From the NCBI RefSeq assembly GCF_000011125.1, contig NC_000854.2:1410001-1442000 (forward strand): a DNA stretch of 32,000 nt. Direction: 5' to 3'. The position numbers and the translations under genes were made by a program. Positions 16,330-26,036 of this stretch are shown piece by piece. The notes below the pieces were generated by a model. The model did no database searches. It was not told the DNA's origin and worked only from the letters and a program-made list of their open reading frames with translations. Every line of letters begins with the position of its first letter. The stretch's first letter is position 1. This DNA is from Aeropyrum pernix K1. Lineage in GTDB: Archaea; Thermoproteota; Thermoprotei_A; Sulfolobales; Acidilobaceae.

Positions 16330-17241
16330 TCAGCCTTTCAGTCCGCCGCTGTACGCCTCGAGGAGGAGCCTCTGTGTCAGGACGAAGAACACTATCGTGG
16401 GGAGGAGGTAGAATGTGCCGGCCGCCGCGATTATTGTTAGCTGGTAGTTCTCCGCGGCCGCCACTATCTCCTCTATAAAGGTCGGCAGGCTGTCTATGCC
16501 GAATGGTTTGAGGAAGACGTAGAAGTAGATGAACTCCTCCCATCCCGCTAGGAACGTGAATATGAGGACGGCCGCTATGCCCGGTTTTACCAGGGGGACT
16601 AGTATGCTCCACCACACCCTAACCCTGCTTGCCCCGTCAACGAGGGCGCTCCACTCGAGCTCCCAGGGTATCTTGTCGAAGAACCCTTTGAAGAGCCAGA
16701 TCGCCATGGGCACCTCGAGGGCGGCCCTGGCCAGTATTATGTAGGCTATGGCGTAGAACTCCTCCCCCAGGACGCCGAGGACGTCGCCTATTATCCTGAA
16801 TATCATGTACACGCCTATGATCAGGGCTACCCCCGGGAAGGCGTGGAGCATTATGAGGCCCGCCGTAAACACGCCTCTGCCCTTGAACTCCATCCTGGAT
16901 ATACTGTAGGCCGCTAGTAGTGACACTAGGGTTGCTGTGAGGGCGACGCCGACGGCGACTGTGAGTGTCACGAGGGTCATCTCGACTACGTTCCTCTCGA
17001 GGCCTCCGGTGGCGTAGGTTATCTGGCCCCTGAGGAACATTATCCAGTTATCGAGGGTCGGCTGGAAGTCGGTTAGCAGAGGGTCGGTCACCATATTCGT
17101 GCTGAAGCTGCTCAGTATGAGGAGCCCGTACGTCAGTATTATTGGGCTGCCGGCTAGTAGTAGTGCCAGGGCTATGACTATCTTAAGCCTCCTAGAGATG
17201 CTTCCGCTTACAACCTCCTCCAAGGGGTTCCCGCTCATCAT
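16330..17241 (-). CDS. Sugar-type ABC transporter permease (MalG-like)
   Basis: Multiple TM segments. The EAA loop is 'EIPMAIWLFKGFFDKIPWELEWSALVDGASRVRVWWSILVPLVKPGIAA'. Confidence 0.92.
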   Translation of the reverse strand: MMSGNPLEEVVSGSISRRLKIVIALALLLAGSPIILTYGLLILSSFSTNMVTDPLLTDFQPTLDNWIMFLRGQITYATGGLERNVVEMTLVTLTVAVGVALTATLVSLLAAYSISRMEFKGRGVFTAGLIMLHAFPGVALIIGVYMIFRIIGDVLGVLGEEFYAIAYIILARAALEVPMAIWLFKGFFDKIPWELEWSALVDGASRVRVWWSILVPLVKPGIAAVLIFTFLAGWEEFIYFYVFLKPFGIDSLPTFIEEIVAAAENYQLTIIAAAGTFYLLPTIVFFVLTQRLLLEAYSGGLKG

Positions 17242-18182
17242 ATGTCACCCCTGGGCCTGGTTATCATCCTCTGGAACCCGAGTATCCTAAGTGTTACTAG
17301 GCCGAGGATGGCGCCTATCACAACCAGCACGGTAGCGGCGGCAGCGGCAAGACCCTGCCTGAGCTCTCCCACCGGTAGGAAGGCTAGGTTGAACACTAGG
17401 AGGCTCCAAGTCTGACCCCAGGTCCTGTCTACAACGCCCCACTCGTAGAGGAGGAATATGTGGGTGTAGGTTGTCAGGAGGCTCAGCATCTGCCAGACGG
17501 TCACGAAGAGGAGGTGCCACCTTATCATCGGGACTATTATCCTCCTAATTATCACCAGGTTCGAGGCGCCGTCAACCCTGGCCGCCGCTATATACTCCCA
17601 TGGTATGCTCCTTATGGCGCTGTAGAACACGATCATTCCGAAGCTAACACCCACTAGGCCGTTGACGAAGATGAGTATCCACCAGGTTCCTAGGGGGAGC
17701 ATGTAGCTACCCCAGTTTATCGGCTTATCTATAACCCCGGCTAGGAGGAGTATCCTGTTTAGTGTTCCTATCGCGTCGCTGTGGAAGAAGTAATACCAAA
17801 GGAGGCTGTAGACGGCTACAGGCGTCATACGCGGAAGCAGCCAGAGGAGTCTGTAGTGGATTGAGATCCTCTCCTCGAGGAAGAACGTTAGGATGGCGAG
17901 GGTGAGCCCGCCAAGAACGTTAACTACTAGTGTGACGGCAACGAAGACCACTGTGGTTATAAGGGCGTTCCTAAACATGGGATCGTACTTAGCGAAGTGG
18001 ACGAGAACCTTGTAGTTGTACAGGCCCACTATGTCGAAGAGATAGGCGTCAACGTTCCAGTTCCTCATGTTAGTGAAGCTTGTATAGACGGTGAGTAGCA
18101 GGGGGAGGAAGAAGAACGTGATAACTATAAGCAGTGCGGGGCCCAGGAAAAAAGCCAGTGTGAAGAGTCTATCCAGCCTCAA
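17238..18182 (-). CDS. Sugar-type ABC transporter permease (MalF-like)
   Basis: Multiple TM segments. The EAA loop is 'IVFYSAIRSIPWEYIAAARVDGASNLVIIRRIIVPMIRWHLLF'. Overlaps the downstream permease by 4 nt. Confidence 0.92.
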   Translation of the reverse strand: MRLDRLFTLAFFLGPALLIVITFFFLPLLLTVYTSFTNMRNWNVDAYLFDIVGLYNYKVLVHFAKYDPMFRNALITTVVFVAVTLVVNVLGGLTLAILTFFLEERISIHYRLLWLLPRMTPVAVYSLLWYYFFHSDAIGTLNRILLLAGVIDKPINWGSYMLPLGTWWILIFVNGLVGVSFGMIVFYSAIRSIPWEYIAAARVDGASNLVIIRRIIVPMIRWHLLFVTVWQMLSLLTTYTHIFLLYEWGVVDRTWGQTWSLLVFNLAFLPVGELRQGLAAAAATVLVVIGAILGLVTLRILGFQRMITRPRGDI

Positions 18183-18197
18183 CCCCCTCTATACCCC

Positions 18198-19949
18198 CTA
18201 GGGGCTTATCTGCCATCCTGAAGGTATGCTGCCGACGATCTCTATAGTCTCGGCGAGCTCGGGGTCGGCCCTTATCTTCTGGACTACATAGTTGGTAGCC
18301 TCCTCGGGAGTCATCTGTCCCTTCAGCACGAAGTCGACAGCGTCCTTAAAGAACTCTGCAAGCGGCTGGTACGAGGGGTGTAGCGGCGGTATGTGCGTAT
18401 ACTCCAGCATGTAGGTCACATTCTTAAGGAACTCTATGTTAATCGGGTGGGCCGTCTTCTTTGCTATCTCCACGAACGCCTCCCTGGCCTCGTCAGACAC
18501 GAACATGTCCAGGTTGCCCTGAGCTAGCTTGCCTACGAACTCCTGGTCGTCCATCAGCAGGGCCGCCTTCTCCCTGATCGGAATGTGGGCGCTCACAATG
18601 CTGTGTATCGCCACGAGGTCGGGATCGTTGGCCTTAAGAATCAGGAGGAATGCTATCCTATGGTAGGCCTCCTTCAGATCGTCATACTTCGGGTTCAGCT
18701 TCCCGGCGTTTGCGCTTATCATCCAGACGAAGGGCTGGCTCAATGTAACCGGGCTCTTACCCGGCTCTCCCGCGGGGAAGAGGCTGTAGGCGAATCTCTC
18801 CTTCACCTCCTCCGGCGTTAGACCCCTCTGCTCCCCCGTCTGCGGGTCCGTGTAGTACTTCTTAGTCTGCCACTCGGTCCAGTACCAGGTGCCGCCTATG
18901 TCGAAGGCGGTTTTAGCAGAGACTATGGTGGGGTGTATCTGCTTGGCCCAGTCCCACTCCAGCATGTTCTCGGGGGTGAGACCATTCCTGGCGAGTGCAT
19001 ACTCTACGGCGAGCCACTTGTAAAGGGCCTCAAGGTTGAGGTACAGCTTGTCGGGGTCGCTGCCGGTGAACTCGCCTCCGAATGCATAGTAGAACTGCAC
19101 TAGATCGGGGTGTGCACTGCCCTTCCTGTGTATAACACCCCACTCGGAGCAGCCCTTATCGACTGCCTCCTTGGCAATCCTCATCACATCCTTCCAAGTG
19201 TACTCGCCAGAGTCTATCTTCGCCGCAATATCCCACGCGTCGTAGCCGAGGCACTCCATGACGGGCTTCAGTATATACAGGGGCCTTGCCTCTGTGTCCT
19301 GGGGGAGGGCGTAAATCCTCCCCTTGTAGGTCACGCTGCTCCACAGGCTATCGTAGTAGTCCTCCAGCTCGCTGCCCATATAGGCGTTAGCGTAGTCCGT
19401 TATGTCAAGGAGGTATCCCTCCTTGGCGAACGTTGATATCCACCTGTAGCTAACGGCGATTATGTCTGCCTCCTGCTTTAGGGGGAAGCTCTGCTGGAAG
19501 ACCTTCGCAGGCTCGTCTGCGTTGGCCGAGAACTTTATATCCTCGATAACTATCTTGAAGTTGACGCCCTCCTCTTCCAGTATCTTGTTAAGCCTCGCGG
19601 CAGCTTCCACTATACCGTAAACCCTCATGATACTGTTTGGATCGCCAGAACCGTGCACCCTATACTTGGCTTCCGTGACGCCGTTGGCAGAGAGGTACCG
19701 GGCTATGTTGACTATATCCTCGCGCACATTCCCGGTTAAAGGTTTAAGCTCGACCATCTGGGCTTCGGTTTTAGTGGCGGGAGTTGTCTCTGCAGCAGTC
19801 TCCGTCTCTGTTTCAACAGTCTCTGGGGCTTGCCTCGTCGCAATGTATAGGGCCGCGGCAATTATGGCTATGAGGATGACGGCCGCCGCTATGTAAATAG
19901 TAGTCCTGTTAGTCTGGAACCCCATCCCGATATCCCCCCCGCCCTTCAT
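18198..19949 (-). CDS. ABC transporter extracellular sugar-binding protein
   Basis: N-terminal hydrophobic segment, a Thr/Glu-rich linker 'ETVETETETAAETTPATKTEAQ', then a SBP_bac_1-like domain ('EADIIAVSYRWISTFAKEGYLLDITDYAN'). Adjacent to two permeases. The probable start is a downstream ATG ('MGFQTNRTT'). Confidence 0.85.
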   Translation of the reverse strand: MKGGGDIGMGFQTNRTTIYIAAAVILIAIIAAALYIATRQAPETVETETETAAETTPATKTEAQMVELKPLTGNVREDIVNIARYLSANGVTEAKYRVHGSGDPNSIMRVYGIVEAAARLNKILEEEGVNFKIVIEDIKFSANADEPAKVFQQSFPLKQEADIIAVSYRWISTFAKEGYLLDITDYANAYMGSELEDYYDSLWSSVTYKGRIYALPQDTEARPLYILKPVMECLGYDAWDIAAKIDSGEYTWKDVMRIAKEAVDKGCSEWGVIHRKGSAHPDLVQFYYAFGGEFTGSDPDKLYLNLEALYKWLAVEYALARNGLTPENMLEWDWAKQIHPTIVSAKTAFDIGGTWYWTEWQTKKYYTDPQTGEQRGLTPEEVKERFAYSLFPAGEPGKSPVTLSQPFVWMISANAGKLNPKYDDLKEAYHRIAFLLILKANDPDLVAIHSIVSAHIPIREKAALLMDDQEFVGKLAQGNLDMFVSDEAREAFVEIAKKTAHPINIEFLKNVTYMLEYTHIPPLHPSYQPLAEFFKDAVDFVLKGQMTPEEATNYVVQKIRADPELAETIEIVGSIPSGWQISP

Positions 19950-20397
19950 GTATAATCTATTATAATTAGTTATAGGGGCAGAGATATTAAAGCTCCCCTT
20001 ACCTAAATTAATATTGAATATAAAATCAAGGAAAACATGAAATCTATTAAATAGTGTGTGAAGAAACTAGAAATTCTATTAAGACTTAATGATAAAAATT
20101 GTTTAAGAGTATCTCCCAAGCTTTGTGTATGATATAAGCGAGGTAAGGATAAAACGATCCTCAGGAGCATAATTGTTAAACGGTAGAGTTAGAGCGGATG
20201 CGAAGCTATGTATGATGACACGGGGCTTCCTCGACGCCTCCCGCAGACGGGTGGTGTATGAAGAAAGGTAGAGACGCTGACTCAGAAATAATCCATAAAT
20301 TTTCTGGCAGCAGTAGCTTCTAAAGCTTCTAACTTGCAAGGAACTCCTAACAGAGATTACCCCGGATATCTGCGACATCCTCATAGTTTAGAGCTTC

Positions 20398-21366
20398 TCA
20401 CGCTGTTCGGATACAGTCTTCAGGGAAGGCTAGTCTTCTGATATATTCGGCTAGGTATCTAGCCCTTGCTGGCTCTAGCCTATAGGAGTTGTCCGGGAGT
20501 CTGGAGGCTAGGCCCATAGCCTCTGCTATATATATTATCCAGGCATAGCCTGGGAGGTCCTCCGGTGATATTTTACTCTTTGAAGCGAGTGCTTCCACGG
20601 CATCTTCCAGGAGATGCTGGTCTACCTGGGGTGAGAGCCTTATTATGGGGATGAATACTGGCTTCCTCGCGGCTTCATGTATATAGTAGGCGGCGGATGC
20701 TCCTGCCAGGGAGCCGGCTAGGAGTAGGGCTCCCGATTCCGGCTTGAAGCCGCCAGTTAGGTTCAGCAAAACAACGTTACCTCTACCAATCCTAACCTTT
20801 ATGTCGCAGTAAGCCTCACGCACGAGGTTTGATAGCCCTTCGAAGAGCCTATCAAAAACACCTAGACCGGTTACCTGTTTTGAATACGTTTTTACATGGC
20901 ACAACCTTTCTAGAAAACCTTTTACGATCTCTGCCGAAACTCTGCCAGCATGAGTATCGGTGTGGTAGAGGATTGCCTCGTCAAGCATGGTAACACTACA
21001 ATCTTTAGTGCTCTGACTTATGAAATACTTCATCGCATTGAGTTCTGCGGAGTAGGCGAAGGGAGCGTAGCTTACAAGGGTCTCGACAACCTTCCATGCC
21101 TCGCTTCCTCGAGACAGCCTCCTACCACACTCTACATCATCCATCCTGCCAGGATCTATGCAGGGTTTAAGAGTCTCTAGAACATCTTTCAATACCGTGG
21201 GCTCTAGGCTCCTAACCGGTATGGAGCATGTGTTTTCTTTAAAGCATTTTGAAACTACTGTGTATGCGTTTCTGAGGACGCTTGTTCCTACTGAAATCAG
21301 GTGAGTGTAACCGCCCAAAGCAGCTGCCACCCCCACTTTCCTAATCGTTTTTGGCCTATTCTCCAA
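20398..21366 (-). CDS. CARF-domain protein, Cas_APE2256 family (CRISPR-associated; Crn1/ring-nuclease-like)
   Basis: N-terminal 'THLISVGTSVLRN' and 'VVLLNLTGGFKPESGALLLAGSLAGASAAYYIHEAARKPVFIP' are hallmark motifs of APE2256/Csm6-type CARF proteins. TTG start. Confidence 0.88.
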   Translation of the reverse strand: MENRPKTIRKVGVAAALGGYTHLISVGTSVLRNAYTVVSKCFKENTCSIPVRSLEPTVLKDVLETLKPCIDPGRMDDVECGRRLSRGSEAWKVVETLVSYAPFAYSAELNAMKYFISQSTKDCSVTMLDEAILYHTDTHAGRVSAEIVKGFLERLCHVKTYSKQVTGLGVFDRLFEGLSNLVREAYCDIKVRIGRGNVVLLNLTGGFKPESGALLLAGSLAGASAAYYIHEAARKPVFIPIIRLSPQVDQHLLEDAVEALASKSKISPEDLPGYAWIIYIAEAMGLASRLPDNSYRLEPARARYLAEYIRRLAFPEDCIRTA

Positions 21367-21483
21367 GCCTAAACTATAGTAGTTGAGATATTTTGTAACG
21401 CAAGGCTAACGTTTTCACAATAGTCTTTAGGAACCTTGTAAGATATAAATATTTGAAGAGTTTTATCTAAAGTAAATAGTGCA

Positions 21484-21490
21484 TTATATA
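21484..21490 (+). promoter_or_regulatory. Candidate TATA box for the peptide ABC operon
   Basis: 'gcattatataagg' about 20-26 nt upstream of the ATG at 21510, consistent with a leaderless or near-leaderless transcript. A second TATA-like 'gatataaatattt' lies near 21451-21463. Confidence 0.45.
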
Positions 21491-21509
21491 AGGCGGGGTT
21501 GATCATGAT

Positions 21510-23057
21510 ATGGCTTTAGCCAATACACGCGTTATCCTCGCCGCAATAATAGTTATCCTCGTCATCGCCGCCGGGTTTTACATATTGTTCTCCAGACAGC
21601 AGGCGGCAAACGTTATAGTGATAGGTACGACGGACGATGTGACGGAGCTCGATCCTGCCACTAGCTACGACTTCTTCACGTGGGAAGTTCTGAGCAACGT
21701 TATGGCGGGGCTAGTCACCTACGATCAGCAGGGCAACATTGTCCCCTACCTCGCCGAACGCTGGGAGTCCCAGGAGGGGGGGAAAGTATGGATATTCTAC
21801 CTGAGGCAGGACGCGAAATTCCCCGACGGTACGCCGTGTGATGCCGATGTAGTTGTCAGGAGTATAAAGAGGGTGATGACGATACAGGGGGACCCAAGCT
21901 GGCTTGTCACAGAGTTCGTGGAGAACGTTGAGGCCCTGGACCAGTGGACTGTCAAGTTCACACTAAAACAGCCCACAGGCTACTTCCTAGCTGTCGTGGC
22001 GACACCGCCCTACTACCCCGTCCACCCCAACTATCCTGAGGACCAGCCAGCGCCCGACGCTACATGGGGCGGCTGCGGTCCATACATGATAGACGAGTTC
22101 GTGAGGGATCAGTACCTCAGGCTAAAGCCGAATCCCAACTTCTTCGGCGAGGAGCCTAAGAATGACGGTGTGATAATAAGGTTCTACGAGGGCAGCGAGG
22201 ACCTCAGGAGCGCTCTAGAAGCTGGCGAGATAGACGTAGCCTGGAGAACCCTAAACCCCAGCGACCTTGAGGACCTCAGGAGTAAGGGGTACAATATTAA
22301 GGAAGTCCCGGGGCTTTTCATAAGGTATCTAGTGTTGAGGGTCTCACAGCCGCCGCTGGACAACGTGGCCGTAAGGCAGGCACTCGCAGCCGCCATAGAC
22401 AGACAGGACATAGTTGACAGGGTGTTCAGGGGCACTATGGAGCCGCTGTACAGTATGGTCCCCTCCGGTATGTGGGGCCACTACCCGGCATTCAAAGAGA
22501 AGTATGGAGAGGGCCCCAACATAGATCTCGCCCGGCAGCTCCTATCCCAGGCCGGGTACAGCGAGTCTAACAAGCTCCAGGTGGAACTCTGGTACACTCC
22601 CGAGCACTACGGAGACACTGAAGCCGCTCTCGCAGCAGTTATAAAGGAGCAGTGGGAGGCGACGGGCATGATAAGCGTGGAAATAAAGAGCAGCGAGTGG
22701 GGAACCTACGTAGACCAGCTCAGCAGCGGCCAGATGATGATAAGCCTCCTAGGCTGGTACCCCGACTATCTCGACCCGGACAACTTCCTAACACCCTTCC
22801 TGCTAAGCACGGCTAACTCGTGGACGGGAACAGGCTACGCCAACCCGCAGGTTGACGATCTTCTGAGGAAGGCTATGACTTCTTCTGACATGAACGAGAG
22901 GGCCCAGCTCTATAAGCAAGTCCAAGAGATACTGGCAGAGGAAGCACCCTTCATACCGCTGGTACAGGGCAAACTCTTTGTTGTAACGTCAACCGAAGTA
23001 ACGAGCATAGAGGTAAGCCCACTCCAGTTCCTGATATACTCAAGCATATCAAAATGA
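21510..23057 (+). CDS. Peptide/dipeptide ABC transporter substrate-binding protein (SBP_bac_5)
   Basis: 'VIVIGTTDDVTELDPATSYDFFTWEVLSNVMAGLVTYDQQGNIVPYLAERWE', 'VRQALAAAIDRQDIV'. Confidence 0.95.
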   Translation: MALANTRVILAAIIVILVIAAGFYILFSRQQAANVIVIGTTDDVTELDPATSYDFFTWEVLSNVMAGLVTYDQQGNIVPYLAERWESQEGGKVWIFYLRQDAKFPDGTPCDADVVVRSIKRVMTIQGDPSWLVTEFVENVEALDQWTVKFTLKQPTGYFLAVVATPPYYPVHPNYPEDQPAPDATWGGCGPYMIDEFVRDQYLRLKPNPNFFGEEPKNDGVIIRFYEGSEDLRSALEAGEIDVAWRTLNPSDLEDLRSKGYNIKEVPGLFIRYLVLRVSQPPLDNVAVRQALAAAIDRQDIVDRVFRGTMEPLYSMVPSGMWGHYPAFKEKYGEGPNIDLARQLLSQAGYSESNKLQVELWYTPEHYGDTEAALAAVIKEQWEATGMISVEIKSSEWGTYVDQLSSGQMMISLLGWYPDYLDPDNFLTPFLLSTANSWTGTGYANPQVDDLLRKAMTSSDMNERAQLYKQVQEILAEEAPFIPLVQGKLFVVTSTEVTSIEVSPLQFLIYSSISK

Positions 23058-23183
23058 GTCTTACCCGATAACCCCTAAATCCTCCACAAAGCCTTTTTCC
23101 CTCACGCCGGCAGACTAGGCGGCAAACTTTTCCCCTCGCCCTCACCTTACCGGTATGTAGGCGGATGCGCGAAAGAATGGGGA

Positions 23184-24203
23184 GTGTGCCGGGTCTTGAG
23201 TTTGCTCCGCTACGCGGTCACCAGGGCTCTGGCTATAGTGCCTACAGTTCTAATCCTGTACACGGTAGTGTTCATAGTTTTGAGAGTAATACCCGGCGAC
23301 CCTGTAACTGCTGCGCTCGGGACCCGGAGCATACCGCCGGAGGAGCTAGAGGCCATTAGAGAGAGGCTAGGGCTCGACCAGCCTCTCTGGAGGCAGTACA
23401 TCGACTATCTTCTGGGCGTCATGAGGGGTGATTTCGGGGAGAGTATGACTCTCTACGGCAGGCCTGTCGCCAGGGATATCATGGAGAGGTTCCCCGCCAC
23501 TCTCGAGCTCACGATATTCGGGTTTATAGTGAGTGTCGTCCTGGGTGTGGGTAGTGGTGTGGTCGCCGCGTTTCGAGGCGGGCTCGTGGATAGGCTGCTG
23601 AGGACCTCGAGCATAGTAGCCTACACCCTCTTCATACCTTGGCTGGGGCTTATGCTGAAGTACGTTTTCAGCATAAAACTGGGAATACTCCCTACTGGGG
23701 GTAGGATAGACCCTAGGGTTAACCTTGACGTCGTGACTGGTCTCTACGTTCTGGATTCTATAATAACCGCCAACCCGGCCGCCCTGGTGAGTGCTGTTGA
23801 ACACCTTATACTACCCTCTCTAACACTGGGTATAGTCTTGAGCGGCGTCTACACGAGGCTAGTGAGGATACACGTTGCCGAGGCGCTCAGGAGCGAGGTG
23901 GCAGTAGCCTACAGGGCCCGGGGGCTCAGGGAGTCTAGGATAGCTGTGCACATGCTCAGGATAAGCCTCATACCAACGATAACTATGATGGGCCTCCAAT
24001 TCGCTATACTCCTGGGAGGGGCGGTTCTAACTGAGGCTACCTTCAGCTGGCCAGGCCTGGGGAGCCTTCTGGTGGAGAGGATATCCTATAGGGACTACAG
24101 CACCATACAGGGGGTTACAGTATTCTTCGCGTTCATGGTAGGCCTGGTGAGCCTTATCGTCGACATCATCTACGCTATAGTCAACCCCAGGGTTAGGTAC
24201 TAA
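23184..24203 (+). CDS. Dipeptide/oligopeptide ABC transporter permease (DppB-like)
   Basis: 'VVFIVLRVIPGDPVTAALGTRSIPPEELEAIRERLGLDQPLWRQYIDYLLGVMRGDFGESM'. Confidence 0.95.
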   Translation: MCRVLSLLRYAVTRALAIVPTVLILYTVVFIVLRVIPGDPVTAALGTRSIPPEELEAIRERLGLDQPLWRQYIDYLLGVMRGDFGESMTLYGRPVARDIMERFPATLELTIFGFIVSVVLGVGSGVVAAFRGGLVDRLLRTSSIVAYTLFIPWLGLMLKYVFSIKLGILPTGGRIDPRVNLDVVTGLYVLDSIITANPAALVSAVEHLILPSLTLGIVLSGVYTRLVRIHVAEALRSEVAVAYRARGLRESRIAVHMLRISLIPTITMMGLQFAILLGGAVLTEATFSWPGLGSLLVERISYRDYSTIQGVTVFFAFMVGLVSLIVDIIYAIVNPRVRY

Positions 24204-24217
24204 AGGTCAGGGGGTGG

Positions 24218-25066
24218 TTGCCAGTGCTTCCTGTTAGAAGCCTCCTCGCCGGACCTGGCTCGGGCTTCATAGCAGCGGGACTAGCTATAGTGGCGTTCTA
24301 CCTTGTTGTAGCCTTAGCGGCACCATACATAGCCCCCTATAGTCCCCACAGCAAGGTTAGTGACGTGCCGGAGCATCCATCACCCCCCTCTCTGAAGCAT
24401 CCTTTCGGCACCAACGAGATAGGCTACGACATGTTCTCTAGGGTCGTTCTAGGCACCAGGATAGTTTTGAAGGTGGTCCTACTCTCGAGCGTTATGGGGC
24501 TGGCCGTCGGCGTGCCCCTAGGCCTGGTAAGCGGGTATTTTGGAGGACCTGTAGACAGAGTTTTAAGCGTCGTCATGGACAGCCTATACGCCTTCCCCGG
24601 GATAGTGCTCGCCATAGCCATAGCCAGCGTGCTCGGGCCTAGTGTGCTGAACGCGGCCATAGCCCTGATGGTGGTTTACGTTCCAGCCTACTTCAGGATG
24701 ACTAGGGCCCGCGTTATCGAGATCAAAACACAGGATTACATAGTGGCTCTAAGGGTGCTAGGGGCCCCCCACTCGAGGATAATGTTCCGCCACGTGCTCC
24801 CGGGTGTCATGCCCACGGTCCTCGTCGTCTACGGCCTGGCCAGTGCAGACGCTATACTCACTGAGGCGGGGCTGAGCTTCTTCGGCCTGGTGGTCACCTA
24901 CCCAGCCCCCGACTGGGGGCTAGACATAAGCTATGGGATAAAGCAGTTTCTCTCCGGTAGCTGGTGGCTAACACTGTTCCCGGGACTCGCGATACTAACC
25001 CTAGCACTAGGCTTCGCAATGATTGGAGAGGGCCTCGCAGAGAGGTTCAGAGCAAGGGCTGTCTAG
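24218..25066 (+). CDS. Dipeptide/oligopeptide ABC transporter permease (DppC-like)
   Basis: 'HPFGTNEIGYDMFSRVVLGTRIVLKVVLLSSVMGLAVGVPLGLVSGYFGG', 'RVLGAPHSRIMFRHVLPGVMPTVLV'. Confidence 0.95.
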   Translation: MPVLPVRSLLAGPGSGFIAAGLAIVAFYLVVALAAPYIAPYSPHSKVSDVPEHPSPPSLKHPFGTNEIGYDMFSRVVLGTRIVLKVVLLSSVMGLAVGVPLGLVSGYFGGPVDRVLSVVMDSLYAFPGIVLAIAIASVLGPSVLNAAIALMVVYVPAYFRMTRARVIEIKTQDYIVALRVLGAPHSRIMFRHVLPGVMPTVLVVYGLASADAILTEAGLSFFGLVVTYPAPDWGLDISYGIKQFLSGSWWLTLFPGLAILTLALGFAMIGEGLAERFRARAV

Positions 25067-26036
25067 CACGGGGGTGTGCTGCTGTATGGCCGTGCTCGAC
25101 ATCCAGGACCTCAAGGTCCATTACTACACCCTCACGGGCATAGTGAGGGCGGTGGATGGTGTAAGCCTATCCGTGAACAAGGGCGAATGGATCTCAATCG
25201 TGGGGGAGAGTGGTAGCGGCAAGAGCACCCTAGCCCTGAGCATCCCACGCCTGATAATGCCTCCAGGCAGGATTGTAGGGGGGCGTATCCTCTACTCTGG
25301 AGTTGACCTGCTGTCCCTCGCCGGCGAGGAGCTTAGGCGGTACAGAGGCAGGGAGATAGGCATGGTGTTCCAGGACCCTACAGCCTATCTAGACCCCTAC
25401 AGGACTGTGGGGAGCCAGATTGCGGAGTCGCTGCTCGAACATGGCCTGGCTTCCAGCGGCAGCGAGGCCGAGTCCATGGCTGGCGACGCCCTAGAGCTAG
25501 TGGGAATACCCCGGGACAGGGCCTCTGTGTACCCCCACCAGCTCAGCGGGGGGCAGAGGCAGAGGGTGGCTATTGCCGCAGCCGTCGCACTAGAGCCTAA
25601 GATACTCATAGCAGACGAGCCTACTACTGCACTCGACGTGGTGGTCCAGGCCAAGATAATGGATTTGATGAAGAAGCTCCAGGAGGAGCGTGGGCTCACG
25701 GTTATGCTGGTGACACACGATATAGGCCTGGCAGCGGAGTATAGCGACAGGATAGCGGTGATGTACGCGGGGGAGCTGGTGGAGATAGGCCCGGCGGAGG
25801 ACGTCGTATCAAACCCTATCCACCCCTACACCGAGATGCTGATAAAGAGCGTGCCCGACCCGTGGGAGGACAGGGAGGTAAAGCCCATCCCAGGCTCCCC
25901 ACCGGACCTCCGCAACCCGCCGCCCGGCTGCAGGTTCCACCCTCGCTGCCCCCTCAGACAGCCCTTATGCACAAACACTAGGCCGAGCTTGAGGATGGTG
26001 GATGGAGGGAGGGGGCATTCCTGCCTGGTAAGGTAG
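25023..26036 (+). CDS. Dipeptide/oligopeptide ABC transporter ATP-binding protein (DppD-like)
   Basis: Walker A 'GESGSGKSTLA', signature 'LSGGQRQRVAIAAAVA', Walker B 'ILIADEPTTALDV', C-terminal oligo_HPY Cys motif. The true start is probably about 60 nt downstream of 25023. Confidence 0.95.
   Translation: MERASQRGSEQGLSSTGVCCCMAVLDIQDLKVHYYTLTGIVRAVDGVSLSVNKGEWISIVGESGSGKSTLALSIPRLIMPPGRIVGGRILYSGVDLLSLAGEELRRYRGREIGMVFQDPTAYLDPYRTVGSQIAESLLEHGLASSGSEAESMAGDALELVGIPRDRASVYPHQLSGGQRQRVAIAAAVALEPKILIADEPTTALDVVVQAKIMDLMKKLQEERGLTVMLVTHDIGLAAEYSDRIAVMYAGELVEIGPAEDVVSNPIHPYTEMLIKSVPDPWEDREVKPIPGSPPDLRNPPPGCRFHPRCPLRQPLCTNTRPSLRMVDGGRGHSCLVR

Noticed and set aside
20398-21500. Possible CRISPR array next to the CARF gene
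   Set aside because: Inspection of the flanking intergenic DNA (19950-20397 and 21367-21509) shows AT-rich sequence but no regularly spaced direct repeats, and no other cas genes are visible.
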